From Octopus sinensis (taxonomy: Eukaryota), in contig NC_043010.1 in assembly GCF_006345805.1 (NCBI RefSeq), positions 58,652,001 to 58,716,000 on the forward strand: 64,000 nt of DNA, read 5' to 3'. A program made the position numbers and the translations under genes. Numbering within the stretch: position 1 is the first letter of the stretch; each line of letters begins with the position of its first letter. Shown here piece by piece: positions 38,630 to 50,730 of the stretch. A model generated the notes under the pieces. It searched no databases, was not told the DNA's origin, and worked only from the letters and a program-made list of their open reading frames with translations.

Positions 38630-39024
38630 TTTTACCTTCTGTCTCTTGTTTCAGTAATTAGACTGTGGCCTTGCTGGAGCACTGACTTGAAGACTTTTTA
38701 GTTCAATGAATTGACATCAGTACTTATTTTTTAAGACTGTTACTTTTTCTATCAGTCTCCTTGACTGGACTGCTAAGTTACAAGGGCGTAAACATATCAA
38801 TACCAGTTATCAAGCAGTGGTGGGGACAGACACTAACATCAACACACACACACACATCATATATATATATATATCATATATACATACATCAGTTTCTATC
38901 TACCAATTCCACTTACGAGGCTTTAGTCAACCCAATGTTCCTGAAGACACTTCCTCAAGGTGCTAAACAGAGGGACTGAACCCAGAACCATGTGGTTGGG
39001 AAGCAAGCTTATTAATACACAGCC
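38630..39024 (-). mobile_element. Family A SINE (diverged), inverted relative to the 38088 copy
   Basis: Match to family A. Confidence 0.75.
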
Positions 39025-39301
39025 ATATATATATATATATACATCTCAATGAATATGTATACCATATGTGGACACGTCCTGTATCACAGCATTATACATA
39101 TAGTCAAAATGGTTCATTTGTGGAAGTGAGAAGTCTATTGTAAGATATATTCCTAACTGATCAGGTACCAACAGCGAAAAGAGGCTGAGAGGATCTGTAA
39201 CACCTAAAGAAGAGGATACTTGCAGAGAGTTTGAACTCAGTATCTGGGAGCTAGTGGATTCAGCTTAACCATTTCACCTGTATGCACATATGTATAGACA
39301 G

Positions 39302-39389
<88 letters not shown>

Positions 39390-39414
39390 ATATATATATA
39401 TATAGATAGATAGG

Positions 39415-39548
39415 TCTGGCAGTGTTTCTACAGCTGGAAACACTGCCAGATCAGACTGGAGCCTGGTGCAGCCTTCTGGCTTCCCAGATCCCCGGTCGAA
39501 CCGTCCAACCCATGCTAGCATGGAGAACGGACGTTAAACGATGATGAT
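39415..39548 (+). mobile_element. Young family C insertion with a 14-bp fold-back at its 5' junction
   Basis: tctggcagtgtttc-tacagctg-gaaacactgccaga; nearly identical to 59529-59630. Confidence 0.85.
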
Positions 39549-39883
39549 AGATAGATAGATAGGGATGGATGGATGGATATAGATATAGATAGATAGGTAG
39601 ATCTATACATAGCTGCATACATATACTTATACATGCATACGTTTATACTTATATATATATCAGTCTATTACCAGAGCAAAGATTTTACATCACCACAGCT
39701 ATGTATATACACCGTTCCATCATGACTATGCTTGGATATTGTCCCCAGATATCACCACAAACAGCTTAGACTACCATCATAGTAAGATATAGAGATTACT
39801 GTGGGTTAATACGTAGATGATCTATAAGCACAGGGGTACTCAATATGGCTATATTTATATCAGGTTGAAGATGGTGAAGTGTA

Positions 39884-39892
39884 ACTTACCAG
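39884..39892 (-). other. 5' splice donor ending the protocadherin exon (CTG|GTAAGT, phase 0)
   Basis: Minus strand reads ...GTT CTG CTG|GTAAGTTAC; perfect GTAAGT consensus, after codon L of ...KRPQSVLL. Confidence 0.8.
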
Positions 39893-42286
39893 CAGAACTG
39901 ACTGAGGTCTTTTGTCAATGGTCGATGTGGTCCATTCACTTTGTGACTCATATTGAGGATAAAATTCGGCTTTAGTTTCGATCAACTGAGTATTCCTGGC
40001 CATCATATCGTTGGAACTCCTGTTTAGCGTGTCCGATTTTTTCGTGACGCACGTATAATGGCTTTTTTCTCGGTCGGAGTTGATTTCCGTGATATACTGG
40101 TTGTTCCGGTTGTTGTTACATCTGACCACACACAGAGTTATGGACACTACGATCGCCACCGACACTATCACAGCAGATGTGACAATAACAATGACCCAAG
40201 TTAAGTTGATCATTTTATCAGACTTTAACTGGACGGTGGACAGTGCTGGAGATGTCTTGTTGCTAACGGTCAGTGTCAAAGAGACAGTTGTAGTGGCTGA
40301 CAGAACAGGAGTGCCACTGTCTTTTACAGCAAACTCCAGTTGATAGGATCCAGCATCGTTTTGGTAAACTGTCCGAGAGAATGCAAACACTCCTGTGTAA
40401 GGGTTAATCTCAAATAATAGTTTATCATTTCCACTGAGGATGCTGTATCTGAGGAAAGCATTTAAATGGCTGTCTCTGTCGGAAGCCCTCAGAACTGCGA
40501 TTTCATTCTTACTCTGGGGATGATAATGGACATCGAGTGTGAAAGGGTTCACCCCAGGGAAGGTAAAGTAAGGGGCATTGTCATTTTTGTCTAAAACCTC
40601 CACCACCACATTGGCAGTGTTGTTCAGTGAGGGAGTTCCATTGTCTTTGACAAACACTTGGAACTCATATTGCTCCTGTTTTTCTCTGTCTAAGGAACTG
40701 GTTGTAGAAATAAAGCCATAACTTGTGATACGGAATGGTAGGGTCACTTTATTGTTACTCAACAAATGATAGGAGAGTTGTCCAGAAAGGTCTTGGTCTG
40801 GGTCAGTGGCATTGATGTAACCAATTGGGAAATTAGTTTTACCATTTTCATAAGTGAGGAATTTAAAGACTTCTTTCATAAACTGTGGTTGAACATCATT
40901 GACATCCATCACTTGAATGAAGAATTTTCTCTCTGTTTTCATCGATGGAGATCCTTTATCTTCACATGAAATACTGATGTCATAGTGGTCCCTAGTTTCT
41001 CTGTCCACAGGTTTCTTTAACGTAATTTTATATTCTTTTGATCCTAAATCTAAAAGAATGAACTTATCGTGGTGTAGGCTACATTCCACCTCACCATTCT
41101 GTCCAACATCATTGTCAATAACACTGACATAAGCTATGAAACTGCCGACTTTGATCCCTTCGGAAATGGTAGCAGTGTTCTCTCTCAACTCAGTGACGAA
41201 ATTAATGTCTATCTTAGGGACAGTATTTTGTTGGTTTATTACATTTATTAAAACCATTGCTGTGGAACTTGACGAAGGATTGCCTCCATCTTTTGCTTCA
41301 ACAAACAACTTGTAGGTCTGTTTTTGTTCGGAATTTAATGTTTTCTGAGTGAAAATTTCACCTGTCACTTCATTCAGTTTAAAATAAGATTTGGCAATGT
41401 CAGAGGTCGCAGAACTGATGTGATATGTAACTTGACCGTTTTCGCCCAAATCTAAATCACTAGCAGACAGAACAGTGATTGGTAAGAATCTGCCATGTGT
41501 ACTTCTGATAGAAACATTGTAAATATTCTGTGTAAATACTGGAGCATTATCATTTTCATCTGTCACAGTTATTTCAATATTCAACACCCCTTGTTTTGGG
41601 GGAGATCCCCCATCACTCGCAATTACCTGAAGGCTGTAACTGTCTTTCTCTTCTCTGTCCAGTTTCTCATTAAGTATTATGGCAAGTTTAGAACTCCCAG
41701 TGATTATTTTCGTCACAGATAACTTGAATGTCTCTCTAAATCTTCGTGTTAATTGGTAAGAAATCTTAGAATTCAAGTTACCTACATCTTTGTCAACAGC
41801 ATTAGGAATTGCCATTTTCAACCCAATTCCATCTCTCTCGGAAAACTTTAACATTACAGATTTCACAGCAAATTTTGGTTTATGATCATTTACATCTTCT
41901 ATAATTACTTTAATTTTCAGAATTTTTAAAAATGCTTCGTCTTTGTGGACCGCAATTTTGATCGTTTTAAAACATTCAACATTATATTTGCACAGAGATT
42001 CTGCATCGAGTCTCTGTGTTGTGTAGAGCTCCCCTCTTTTGGAAACATTGAACAGTTGTGAAACCCCTGCCTGCTTCTGCTGCAGTTGATTGAATGTAAT
42101 GAGATTGGTGTGTTGAGACAGCATGCCATCGAGGAAATGAGATTCAGCTGCCACATCTCCAACGTACGTTCCAATATTCTTCTCCTCTTGTACACGGAAT
42201 GTGATGTCTATTGCAAAACAAATATCCAGGGAAGACAACAGCAAGATCACAAGAGCCAACATGGTCCCAGCAGAGCTGGTGCACAT
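39890..42286 (-). CDS. Protocadherin (cephalopod Pcdh family), large coding exon: signal peptide + 6 EC repeats + TM + proximal cytoplasmic tail
   Basis: 808-aa ORF (39860-42286 if read through the donor). Hydrophobic leader MLALVILLLSSLDICFA; cadherin motifs LDAE/LDRE/VDRE and linkers DVNDHKP, DENDNAP, DVNDVQP, DKNDNAP; EC1 Cys pair CKYNVEC typical of protocadherins; TM LTWVIVIVTSAVIVSVAIVVSITLCVV (~40125-40203). Ends at a phase-0 CTG|GTAAGT donor. Family recognised; no specific orthologue assignable. Confidence 0.96.
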
Positions 42287-42318
42287 CGCACACCTGTATT
42301 TTCAATCATCAAAGGTGT

Positions 42319-42340
42319 CTGCAATAAAGAAAGAAAATGG
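42319..42340 (-). other. 3' splice acceptor upstream of the protocadherin ATG (exon starts at 42318, 5'UTR portion)
   Basis: Minus strand ccattttctttctttattgcag|ACACC; an in-frame TGA lies before the ATG, so the upstream exon(s) are non-coding. Confidence 0.7.
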
Positions 42341-42385
42341 TATGAACAATGTTTTGAATGGTGTGTCACATACACACATGCAGAG

Positions 42386-42426
<41 letters not shown>

Positions 42427-42515
42427 GAACTGTGTTTGTTTATAACATTAATTTATTTACATTTATCAAAGGGTCTCGAGGTCTGGTATCTCAAAGAATA
42501 TTGACTTTAAAATCA

Positions 42516-42546
<31 letters not shown>

Positions 42547-42699
42547 CGACTTCATTGCAAGACAACCATAAATTTCATGCACAATAACAGGTGAGGTTTG
42601 AAACTGTATCAAAAGTGCCCTGCTTAATAAACTGATGCAGAGAATGATTGAACCTTGTATCAGCATATATTGGCAAAATAGATTATAGATCACATGTCT

Positions 42700-42960
42700 G
42701 TATAGAACGGGTTTCCTAAGACGATATCTAGGAAGGGGCAATGTCCGTGACATTTACAGACCCTCCAAGACCAGTGAGGTTAATGTTGTGAAGGAACGAC
42801 ATGGTGATTCCAGAGGGAGGATGTTTGGGTGAGAAATGATTGGGTATGATGGTTGAAGCAGAGCTGGGGTTGTTGAACAGAGCAGGATTGACTGGAAGGG
42901 GTGATCAAGAAAGTTTAATGCCATCAGCATGTTGTTGTTTTGTGATTTGGTGGCCTTCAT
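42700..42960 (-). mobile_element. Probable CR1/L2-type LINE 3' end fragment
   Basis: HHTQSFLTQTSSLWNHHVVPSQH*P resembles the SF...TS.LWN.LP..VFP...NL motif. Confidence 0.4.
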
Positions 42961-43421
42961 TCTTTTGCAAATATTAAAGCCAGTTCTTTTACTACCCATG
43001 TCCACATTGGACATCATACACATCAATTCCTACCGATTCTTCAAAAGTCTGCAAAGCACAAGAGTTATTTTCTGCTCTTATGATGAATGTATAACTGAAA
43101 TGAAAATTATATGTGTACACACACACACACACATACACACATACAGATAGAGATAGATATGCATGCATGTATGTACATGTGTATGTATGCATACATGTAT
43201 GAATGAATGAATGTATGTATACATAATATATACATATATTATGTTTCTAGCTATTTATCCTTTTATATATATGTGTGTATGTTTATATGTAGAATACATA
43301 CATACATGTACATGTGTCTGTAATATGATGGAAATACATAATATATGCATGTGTGAATATGTCTGTGTGTATATATGTATACATATGTATGGATATATTC
43401 ACACCCACACACACACACACA

Positions 43422-43461
<40 letters not shown>

Positions 43462-43857
43462 GCATACATGGATGCAAGACAATGCCATACAACTTTCGGA
43501 AGTGATTCCAAAGCCCCAACTCTGGCCAGTTTTGCAGAACAAAAAGTGACATTCATGAGATAGCATCAGACTAAAAATATAGCGCTGTGTGTTCCATGTT
43601 TCACAACCACCATAAAAACTGTTACCATGGCGTTAACCAAAAAAAAAAAAAACCATCTATTCCTATCTTTGGTTTGTTGCAGACACTATGAGAGAGAGAA
43701 GAAGAGGAGAGAAAGGGAGAGAGGGATGGAGAGTGGGGAGTTGTTCCACAAGAAAGGGATTCTACGCCTATAAGGACCAGATATTGATCAAAAAACACTG
43801 ATCCAAAATTCTTTATGCGTTCCTGAAATAAAAATAAAGTGTTCACACAGGATACCA

Positions 43858-43862
43858 TTAAG

Positions 43863-43910
<48 letters not shown>

Positions 43911-44010
43911 TAATAATAATGGTAGTAGTAATAATAATAATAATAATAATGATAATAATAATGATGATGATGATGATAATAATAGTAATAATAATAATAA
44001 TAATAATGCT
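43858..44010. repeat. (AAT/GAT)n microsatellite
   Basis: Direct reading. Confidence 0.95.
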
Positions 44011-44374
44011 AATTGCTACAAGAAACAAGAGAAGAAAAGGAATACGATGAATACAAAAAAATATATAAAGGAGAATTGTGTGAGTGTGTGTTTGTGTGTG
44101 TATAAATATATATATATATATATATAATGAAAGAGAGAGTGGGGGGAGGAGAAAGAGAGAGTAATGCATTGATGCATAACAATATATACATCATTTCACA
44201 ACAGCATCCTGATAAATACAGGAAGTGATAAAAAAGTTATAAAATAGTTATAAAATTATACAATATTTAAATAAATATAAAAAGTAAATTAAGATTGTTA
44301 AACACGTTTTTCATGGATCAACATCATTGCAATGTTTGGAAGTGATCTGAGTGATAGCAGTTATCTTCTCTTGC

Positions 44375-44393
44375 TTTCTGGCAGGTGGCGCTG
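44375..44393 (+). promoter_or_regulatory. CTCF-like motif (tttctggCAGGTGGCGCTG) ~2 kb upstream of the protocadherin exon
   Basis: Exact CAGGTGGCGCTG core. Could also be an E-box or a plus-strand splice acceptor. Confidence 0.35.
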
Positions 44394-44699
44394 CTCTGAT
44401 CAATTGAGAGATTAAAAAGCAAGACAAGATCAATAAATAGAAACACAGTCTTTGACGTTTTATCAGTTTTAATGATCAAGAAAGTGTTTTAGTAAAGATG
44501 GTGGATGGATACAATTTAAGGATTCTTGAAATAAACATTGGAAAGTGTAGTCGTGGGTGTTACAAACTGCCTGTTGTAGAGAAATGGTAAAAAGGAATGC
44601 TTGTGGTTCAGTAATGTTGGAAGAAGTCAACCCGAAACACTTTGCGATAATAGCAACTCTATCAGTCGCAAAGGGAGTCAATGTGGACTATTGCTTCAC

Positions 44700-44965
44700 A
44701 TATGAGAAGTAGCAGCCAACTCTCCCTCAAATTACACCCTATTGTCTCGTGTATAGATGTCTGTATGAGCCAGTGAGGGAGGCCCCTACTTTGTAGTTAG
44801 ACCTTGTAGAAATGGTAGCCAAATCTCCCTCAAATCACATCCTATTGTCTTATGTGTGTGTATATATGTATGTATGAGTCAACGAGTGGAACCTGTACAT
44901 GGTAGCTAGACTTGACAGAAATAGCAGTCAACTTACTTTTAAATCACTTCCTACTGTCTTAGGTA
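44700..44965 (+). repeat. Three degenerate tandem copies of the gtagccaaatctccctcaaatcacaccctactgtc repeat
   Basis: Same motif at ~65 and ~7635. Confidence 0.6.
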
Positions 44966-45009
44966 GGTTATATATGTACATAGTGTTAAGACCAGTCCCT
45001 CTGGTGGTG

Positions 45010-45215
45010 TAAAACAGTCATGATGGTGCTACGTAAAAGCACCCAGTGCCACTCTGTAAAGGGGTTGGTGTTAGGAAGGGTATCCAGCCATAGAAACCAT
45101 GCCACATCAAAGTGGGGTCTGGTGCAGCTCTCCAGATTGCTAATTCTGGTCAAACTGTTCAACCCATGCCAACTTGGACAACAGATGTTAAATGATGATG
45201 ATGATGATGATGATG
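45010..45215 (+). mobile_element. Family C copy
   Basis: Match to family C. Confidence 0.7.
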
Positions 45216-45573
45216 TGTATGTATCAAGTCACACCCTTTTGTTAATCATCATCATCATCATCATCATTTTTATGCCCATTTTTTCATGCTTGCTTTCATT
45301 TGTCCAAATTCACTGAGGCAGATTTTGTATGGCTGGATGCTCTTTCTGCTGCTAACCCTCAACTGTTTCCAAGCAAGGTAATATTTCACCCCACCCCCCA
45401 CCCCTCCACACACAGCCCCTAGGACCTGACATGTTTTTTTCAAGGAGACTGGAAATGAACATCATTTGTATGACTGAGCCACGTTTACAGCTGCTGAGTG
45501 ATATCAAGACAAGGACACACACACACACACACACACACATACACACACACACACACAAAGAAATATGTCATAG

Positions 45574-45770
45574 TTATTCTTTTACTTGTTTCAGTCATTT
45601 GGCTGTGGCCATTCTGGAGTATCACCTTGAAGCGTTTTAGCCAAACAAATCAACCCCAGGACTTAATCTTTGTAAGTCTAGTACTTATTCTATCGGGCTC
45701 TTTTGCCAAACTGCTAAGTTACAAGGTCGTAAACACATCAAAATTGGTTGTCAAATGATGGTGGGGAGAC
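45574..45770 (-). mobile_element. Family A SINE 3' half
   Basis: Match to family A. Confidence 0.75.
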
Positions 45771-45884
45771 ACACACACACACACACACACATATATATGA
45801 CTTGCTTAAAATATCTGTCCAGCCACCCATATTGTAAATCAGGTGGTTCACAAATTAACCATGTCGAAGGACAGGTGTATCAGC

Positions 45885-45960
45885 ACTATAGTCATCTGCT
45901 ACAAAAGTAAAGATGATGCCTTGAATAGAAATGATTACAGACGTATCAAATTGTCCTGAT
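45885..45960 (+). mobile_element. RTE RT domain-1 fragment
   Basis: TIVICYKSKDDALNRNDYRRIKL resembles IV..YKGKGDAL.R.NYRGIKL. Confidence 0.55.
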
Positions 45961-46588
45961 GCATTGCAGAATTTAGCTTGAGTTCCAATCTCCCATTCTC
46001 AAAGACAGAATACACTTCGTTCCAGCCATCATTCCGTTACCCTTTCTTGCTATTTGCATCCCTGAATTCAACGCAGATTTACCATTTTTCTTCGAGTTCT
46101 TCACCCTCTTGTTTCATCAATTGTCAAATCTCACCTTGCCCCCCACTCACTCTCTCTCGGCATCAACCTGTTTCCATAACTTCTAATTAAACATTTCCTC
46201 TCCTCATTAACACACCTCAACTTTTTCTTGCCAGCCTTGCTTTTAGCCAGAGTTATCAACATTAGATTCAATATTGTATTTTGGTGTAGCTGGACTAATG
46301 ACGGCTAGACATGTCACTTGATACAGACACAAGACAGGAAGTCACAATCTAAATGACAGTTAAATCACAGGCAAACAGCTGCCGCAGAATGCATTGTTCT
46401 GGTTGAGTCTTTGGACATTTTGGACATGTGATATTTGCTATCAACTATGTTGACATATAGTGTATATAAATATATATATATACACACCCACAAACACACA
46501 TATATATATATGTATATATACCTCATATTTGTGCATAATGTATATTTGTATAAGTAATATATATATATATATATACACATGCATGGAG

Positions 46589-46656
<68 letters not shown>

Positions 46657-46854
46657 ATGCATGGATATATATATATATGTGTGTGTGTGTGTTCCAATAT
46701 TGAGTTTAAGTGACAATTTTACAGATAACAGTCACAAACTAGGTGATGGACATCATCATTAACATCCACCTCCCCGTCATCATCATCATAACCATCATCA
46801 TCATCATCATCCATATCCACATTATGATCATTGTTGTCATCATCGTCATCAATA

Positions 46855-47090
46855 TTTATTTATTTATTTTCCACACAGGGGCTAAACATAGAAGGGACAA
46901 ACAAGGACAGACAAAGGGATTAAGTTGATTATATCGACCCCACTGCATAAGTGGTATTTATCTAATTGACCCTGAAATGGTGAAAAGCAAAGTTGATCTC
47001 AGCAGAAATTGAACTCAGAACGTAACAGCTGATGAAATACCGCTGAGCATTTCACCTGGCGTGTTAACGATTCTGCCAGCTCACTGCCCT
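46855..47090 (-). mobile_element. Family B SINE
   Basis: Match to family B. Confidence 0.75.
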
Positions 47091-47164
47091 AATCATCATC
47101 ATCATCATCACAGCTGTCCTCCTCCATATCATCATCATTGTCACCACCATGTAAATGTCCGTTT

Positions 47165-47302
47165 GTTTCTCTCTCTCTCTCTCCCTCCCTCTCTCTCTCT
47201 CCCTCTCTCTCTCTCCCTCTCTCTCTCTCCCTCCCTCTCTCTCTCCCTCCCTCTCCCTCTCTCCCTCTCCCTCTCTCCCTCTCTCTCTCTCTCTCCCTCT
47301 CA
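47165..47302. repeat. (CT)n/(CCCT)n pyrimidine tract
   Basis: Direct reading. Confidence 0.95.
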
Positions 47303-48057
47303 TTTGGTTTGTCTTCTACATCACACAAACACATAAACACAAAAATACACAGATTCCATGGCCATACGTCTTAAACCATCAAATCGCCACCACCACCACC
47401 ACCATCAATACCATCATTGTCATTATCCTCTTTATTGTAATTAATGTTGGTGTTGTTGCTAGGAAACCCATTCTTTCCCACTGAGAAGTAAATTTAGGCA
47501 ATTTTAGTGACCTTAATGAAAAGAGGAGAAAGGGGAGGAGTGTGGGTTGAATGAGAGAGGAAGAGGGAGAAGAAAGAGGCCCATATATACATACATGTAT
47601 TTAAAGATACACACATGTATAAATATACACACTCATTCATGTACATTTATATTTATATATACGTATATACACACACACATATACATACATAAAAATACAC
47701 TTACACACACACACACACATGTATGTATGTATGTATGTTTAAATTTAATGCCCCCAACATAAATACCACTCAATTTTCAATATTTTCACAATTAAACTAC
47801 CATACTCAACCACACCTAATATCGGATTCCTTCTAACAGCTTCCAAAAGATGCAAACTTAGCCTTTACAACTCCCCCCCCCCCACACTACCTATAACAAT
47901 AATAATAACCATGACTCAGATAGAAGACTGAATAACAGTAAAGGAAACTCTAGCAGCAGGAGCCAGCTTAGCCATAGTAATAATAATAATAATCCTTTCT
48001 ACTGGAGGCACAGGGCCTCAAATTTTGTGGGGAGGGGAGTAGTCAATTACAGCTCAA

Positions 48058-48285
48058 TGATATGTGTGCAACATGGTGATCTCATATTACGATGCACAGT
48101 GCATGAGCATGACCTTTCAGATGGGGCTCAGGTAGAATTTCCTTCAGAACAAGCAGCCAATCCTGCTCCAAAGTTCCCTGAATAAGAGATGTATTTAGGA
48201 TGATGAAAAATACACATCTTTCTAGAGAATTTCCCCCAAAGAATTCCTCTCAATACATGGCTATGATGCTTCTCTACTACTACTT
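48058..48285 (-). mobile_element. Family E fragment
   Basis: Homologous to the central part of the 18483 copy. Confidence 0.65.
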
Positions 48286-48314
48286 TTCATGATTATTATT
48301 TTTACTATTATTAT

Positions 48315-48510
48315 TAAGGCAGCGAGCTGGCAGAATCATTAGCTCACTGGGCGAAATGCCTTGACGTTCTGAGTTCAAATTCCACTGAGGTTGACTTGGC
48401 TTTTCATCCTTCCAGGGTCAATAAAATAAGTACCAGTTGAATACTGGGGTTGATGTAATCATTTCATCCCCTCCCCCAAAATGGCTGCCCTTGCAACAGA
48501 ATTTGAAACC
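48315..48510 (+). mobile_element. Family B SINE, near full length
   Basis: aaggcagcgagctggcagaatc head through tttgaaaccattatt tail. Confidence 0.8.
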
Positions 48511-48514
48511 ATTA

Positions 48515-48615
48515 TTATTGTTGTTCTATATTTAAGAGATGAAGAATTATGTACTTTATTTATATTTGCTGGATATTTGTCCTCATCTTGTTTGTTGTTA
48601 ACCCAACATTTCGGC
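48515..48615 (-). mobile_element. Truncated copy of the Penelope-type pLTR tail (starts at gccgaaa)
   Basis: Homologous to 51051-51155. Confidence 0.7.
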
Positions 48616-48633
48616 ATTATTATTGTTATTATC

Positions 48634-49612
48634 ATTTACTTTTAATTTGCATGTTTGTTACAATCACATGCCGTGACACACCCAGCATCCTGGGGCAAGT
48701 AAAGGATAAGAGATGTTACAGTATGAGTAAAAGCTTGGGGAGGGGAAGTAGCAGGGGCAGTAATGAAATATCTTCATGTAATACAACACAGTCATTTAGA
48801 CTGGGAGGGTTTTTCTAAGGATGTAGGTAGTAATTGTCAGCACAATCTTTCGGATTTCTCTGAGATATGGTTCTCCTGGGATGATTTCTAGATGTTTCTG
48901 ACATCCCTTTTTTATCATACTTTGGGCACCTACAAAAACAGGAACAGTTCTTGCTTTAAGATGCCACATCTTTTGTATTTCAATTTCCAGGCCCTTATAT
49001 TTACTTAATTTGTCAAATTCTTTTACAGATGTGATGTTTTTATCTTCAGCGATTGGTTCAGCATGATGTTCATACAAGTAAACAGGAGTGCTGATTTTGT
49101 AGTGTTTACATATTTTTCATTGTGGCGATTTTTGTATTCGTTTGGTGTAAGCACAAGACATCCAGAGATGAGATGGTCTATTGTTTTGTCAAATGTGTCA
49201 CAGAATCTGCGTTTAGGATCAGAACCGTTTGAAGAACATTAGCTGGTAGATTTTGGCAAACAAGCTTTGTGCTGCTAATATGAAACCTTCAGTCTCTGCT
49301 TTCAGTCTTGACCTTCTCAGACACTGATGGGTCATTGCTTGATCAACATCAGCATTTTGACTTCCAAGTATATACTGTCCTTGCAAAGGTTTCTGGCTCC
49401 ACTGCTCCTCAATTTATCTCTACTTTTTTGCAGTCTACTCGACCCGTTTTGCTTAGTTGGTGGTAGTAGTTTCAACTTCTTTACCTAATTCAGGGTTAAT
49501 GCCAAGTTTCCTTGTGAATTTGCAAGCTTCTTCGACAATAGAATGTGACTTTTGGCTGCTTTCATGTTTGCAGCATCCAGTCCTCTGTTCATTGCTATTG
49601 TGAGGTCTTCTA
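48634..49612 (-). mobile_element. R4/Dong-like RLE LINE 3' portion (subfamily 1) with zinc knuckle; 3' end joined to (TAA)n
   Basis: KPLQGQY...ADVDQAMTHQCLRRSRLKAETEGFILAAQ; RFCDTFDKTIDHLISGCLVLTPNEYKNRHN; DKLSKYKGLEIEIQKMWHLKARTVPVFVGA. Confidence 0.88.
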
Positions 49613-49659
49613 CCCACATCATCATCATCATCATCATCATCATCATTAGTAGTAGTAGC

Positions 49660-49696
<37 letters not shown>

Positions 49697-49989
49697 TGGT
49701 TAGAATGAAAATAATCTCAGGAATAACATGACTTATAAGAATTACAGGAAGAGTAATTATAAAATATAACAACACAGAAAACAACTCTAATCTCAGCAAG
49801 GAGAAAACTTAACCACGCTCAAATAATAATATGAAGAATATTCTGGAATGTAGCAAATATGGGGGAAATAAATTAGACATGACTGATTTAACTGATTTTG
49901 TTTCTAATAATAGTAACAATAAACTAACAATAGCAATACTAAGTATAGTAAAAGTACATCCAATAGGAAGTAATGCAACTGTAGGATAC

Positions 49990-50230
49990 CAGATAATTGC
50001 CTCTTGAAAGGTAATTGCTGTAGATACAACATAGCTTATAAGTAAACTGTCCAAAAAAAACAACTCCACTAAAATATACATTGGCACTACAGTTAACTTT
50101 AAGTGTTAACATTTAGCTCACCTTAGCTCATTTACCTCTGCTAAACACAATACATCTACCTCACTCAATAACCATGTAGTATTACTTGGTCTATCATCAA
50201 TGCTGAAATATCATATCAGAGCAATAATTT
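49990..50230 (+). mobile_element. Penelope-like GIY-YIG endonuclease fragment (decayed)
   Basis: NCLLKGNCCRYNIAYK ... TKIYIGTTVNFK ... HLSSF ... TSTSLNNHV. Confidence 0.65.
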
Positions 50231-50730
50231 TCCATGTAATTTATTTTTAAAAGAAGCCATGCAGATCTTAATGCATAACTTCCATTGAACCACCAGAGTG
50301 AAGCTATTACCACTTTCTTTCCCAGATTCTTCAAAACTTTCCAATTTGACCATAAATTTATGTGTCATGCTTTGAACCTATCCACACAACTCACACCCAC
50401 ATAAATACTAGGCTCCTTGTGTAATTAGTCGCCTTATATCCTCCTCTGTTCCTCACATTAAACTAGATCACTTTTCTCTTAAATGCATTTCTGACATCCT
50501 TATCAATTCCATCCCTTAATTCAAAAAATTAGCTCAAGCAGTATCCCCTGTTTACCACAACCTTCCTTAATTAAATAAATTACTACACATCTCATTCAAA
50601 CTTCTTTCATCAAGTTTTACCTAATTATTATATTTACTCTTACAGTTCTTCATATCCTCATCAAATGCACAAACTTTAAACCTTTCAGTGCCTTTGTTAT
50701 CTCTCTTCCTACATTTATACTCATCCATAT

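Noticed and set aside
42754-43026. Minus-strand ORF as an exon of an upstream protocadherin
   Set aside because: Another frame matches a LINE C-terminal motif, and candidate acceptors lead to early stops.
50290-50304. CCACCAGAGTGAAGC as a CTCF site
   Set aside because: Mismatches fall at the high-information GGGC/TGGC positions.
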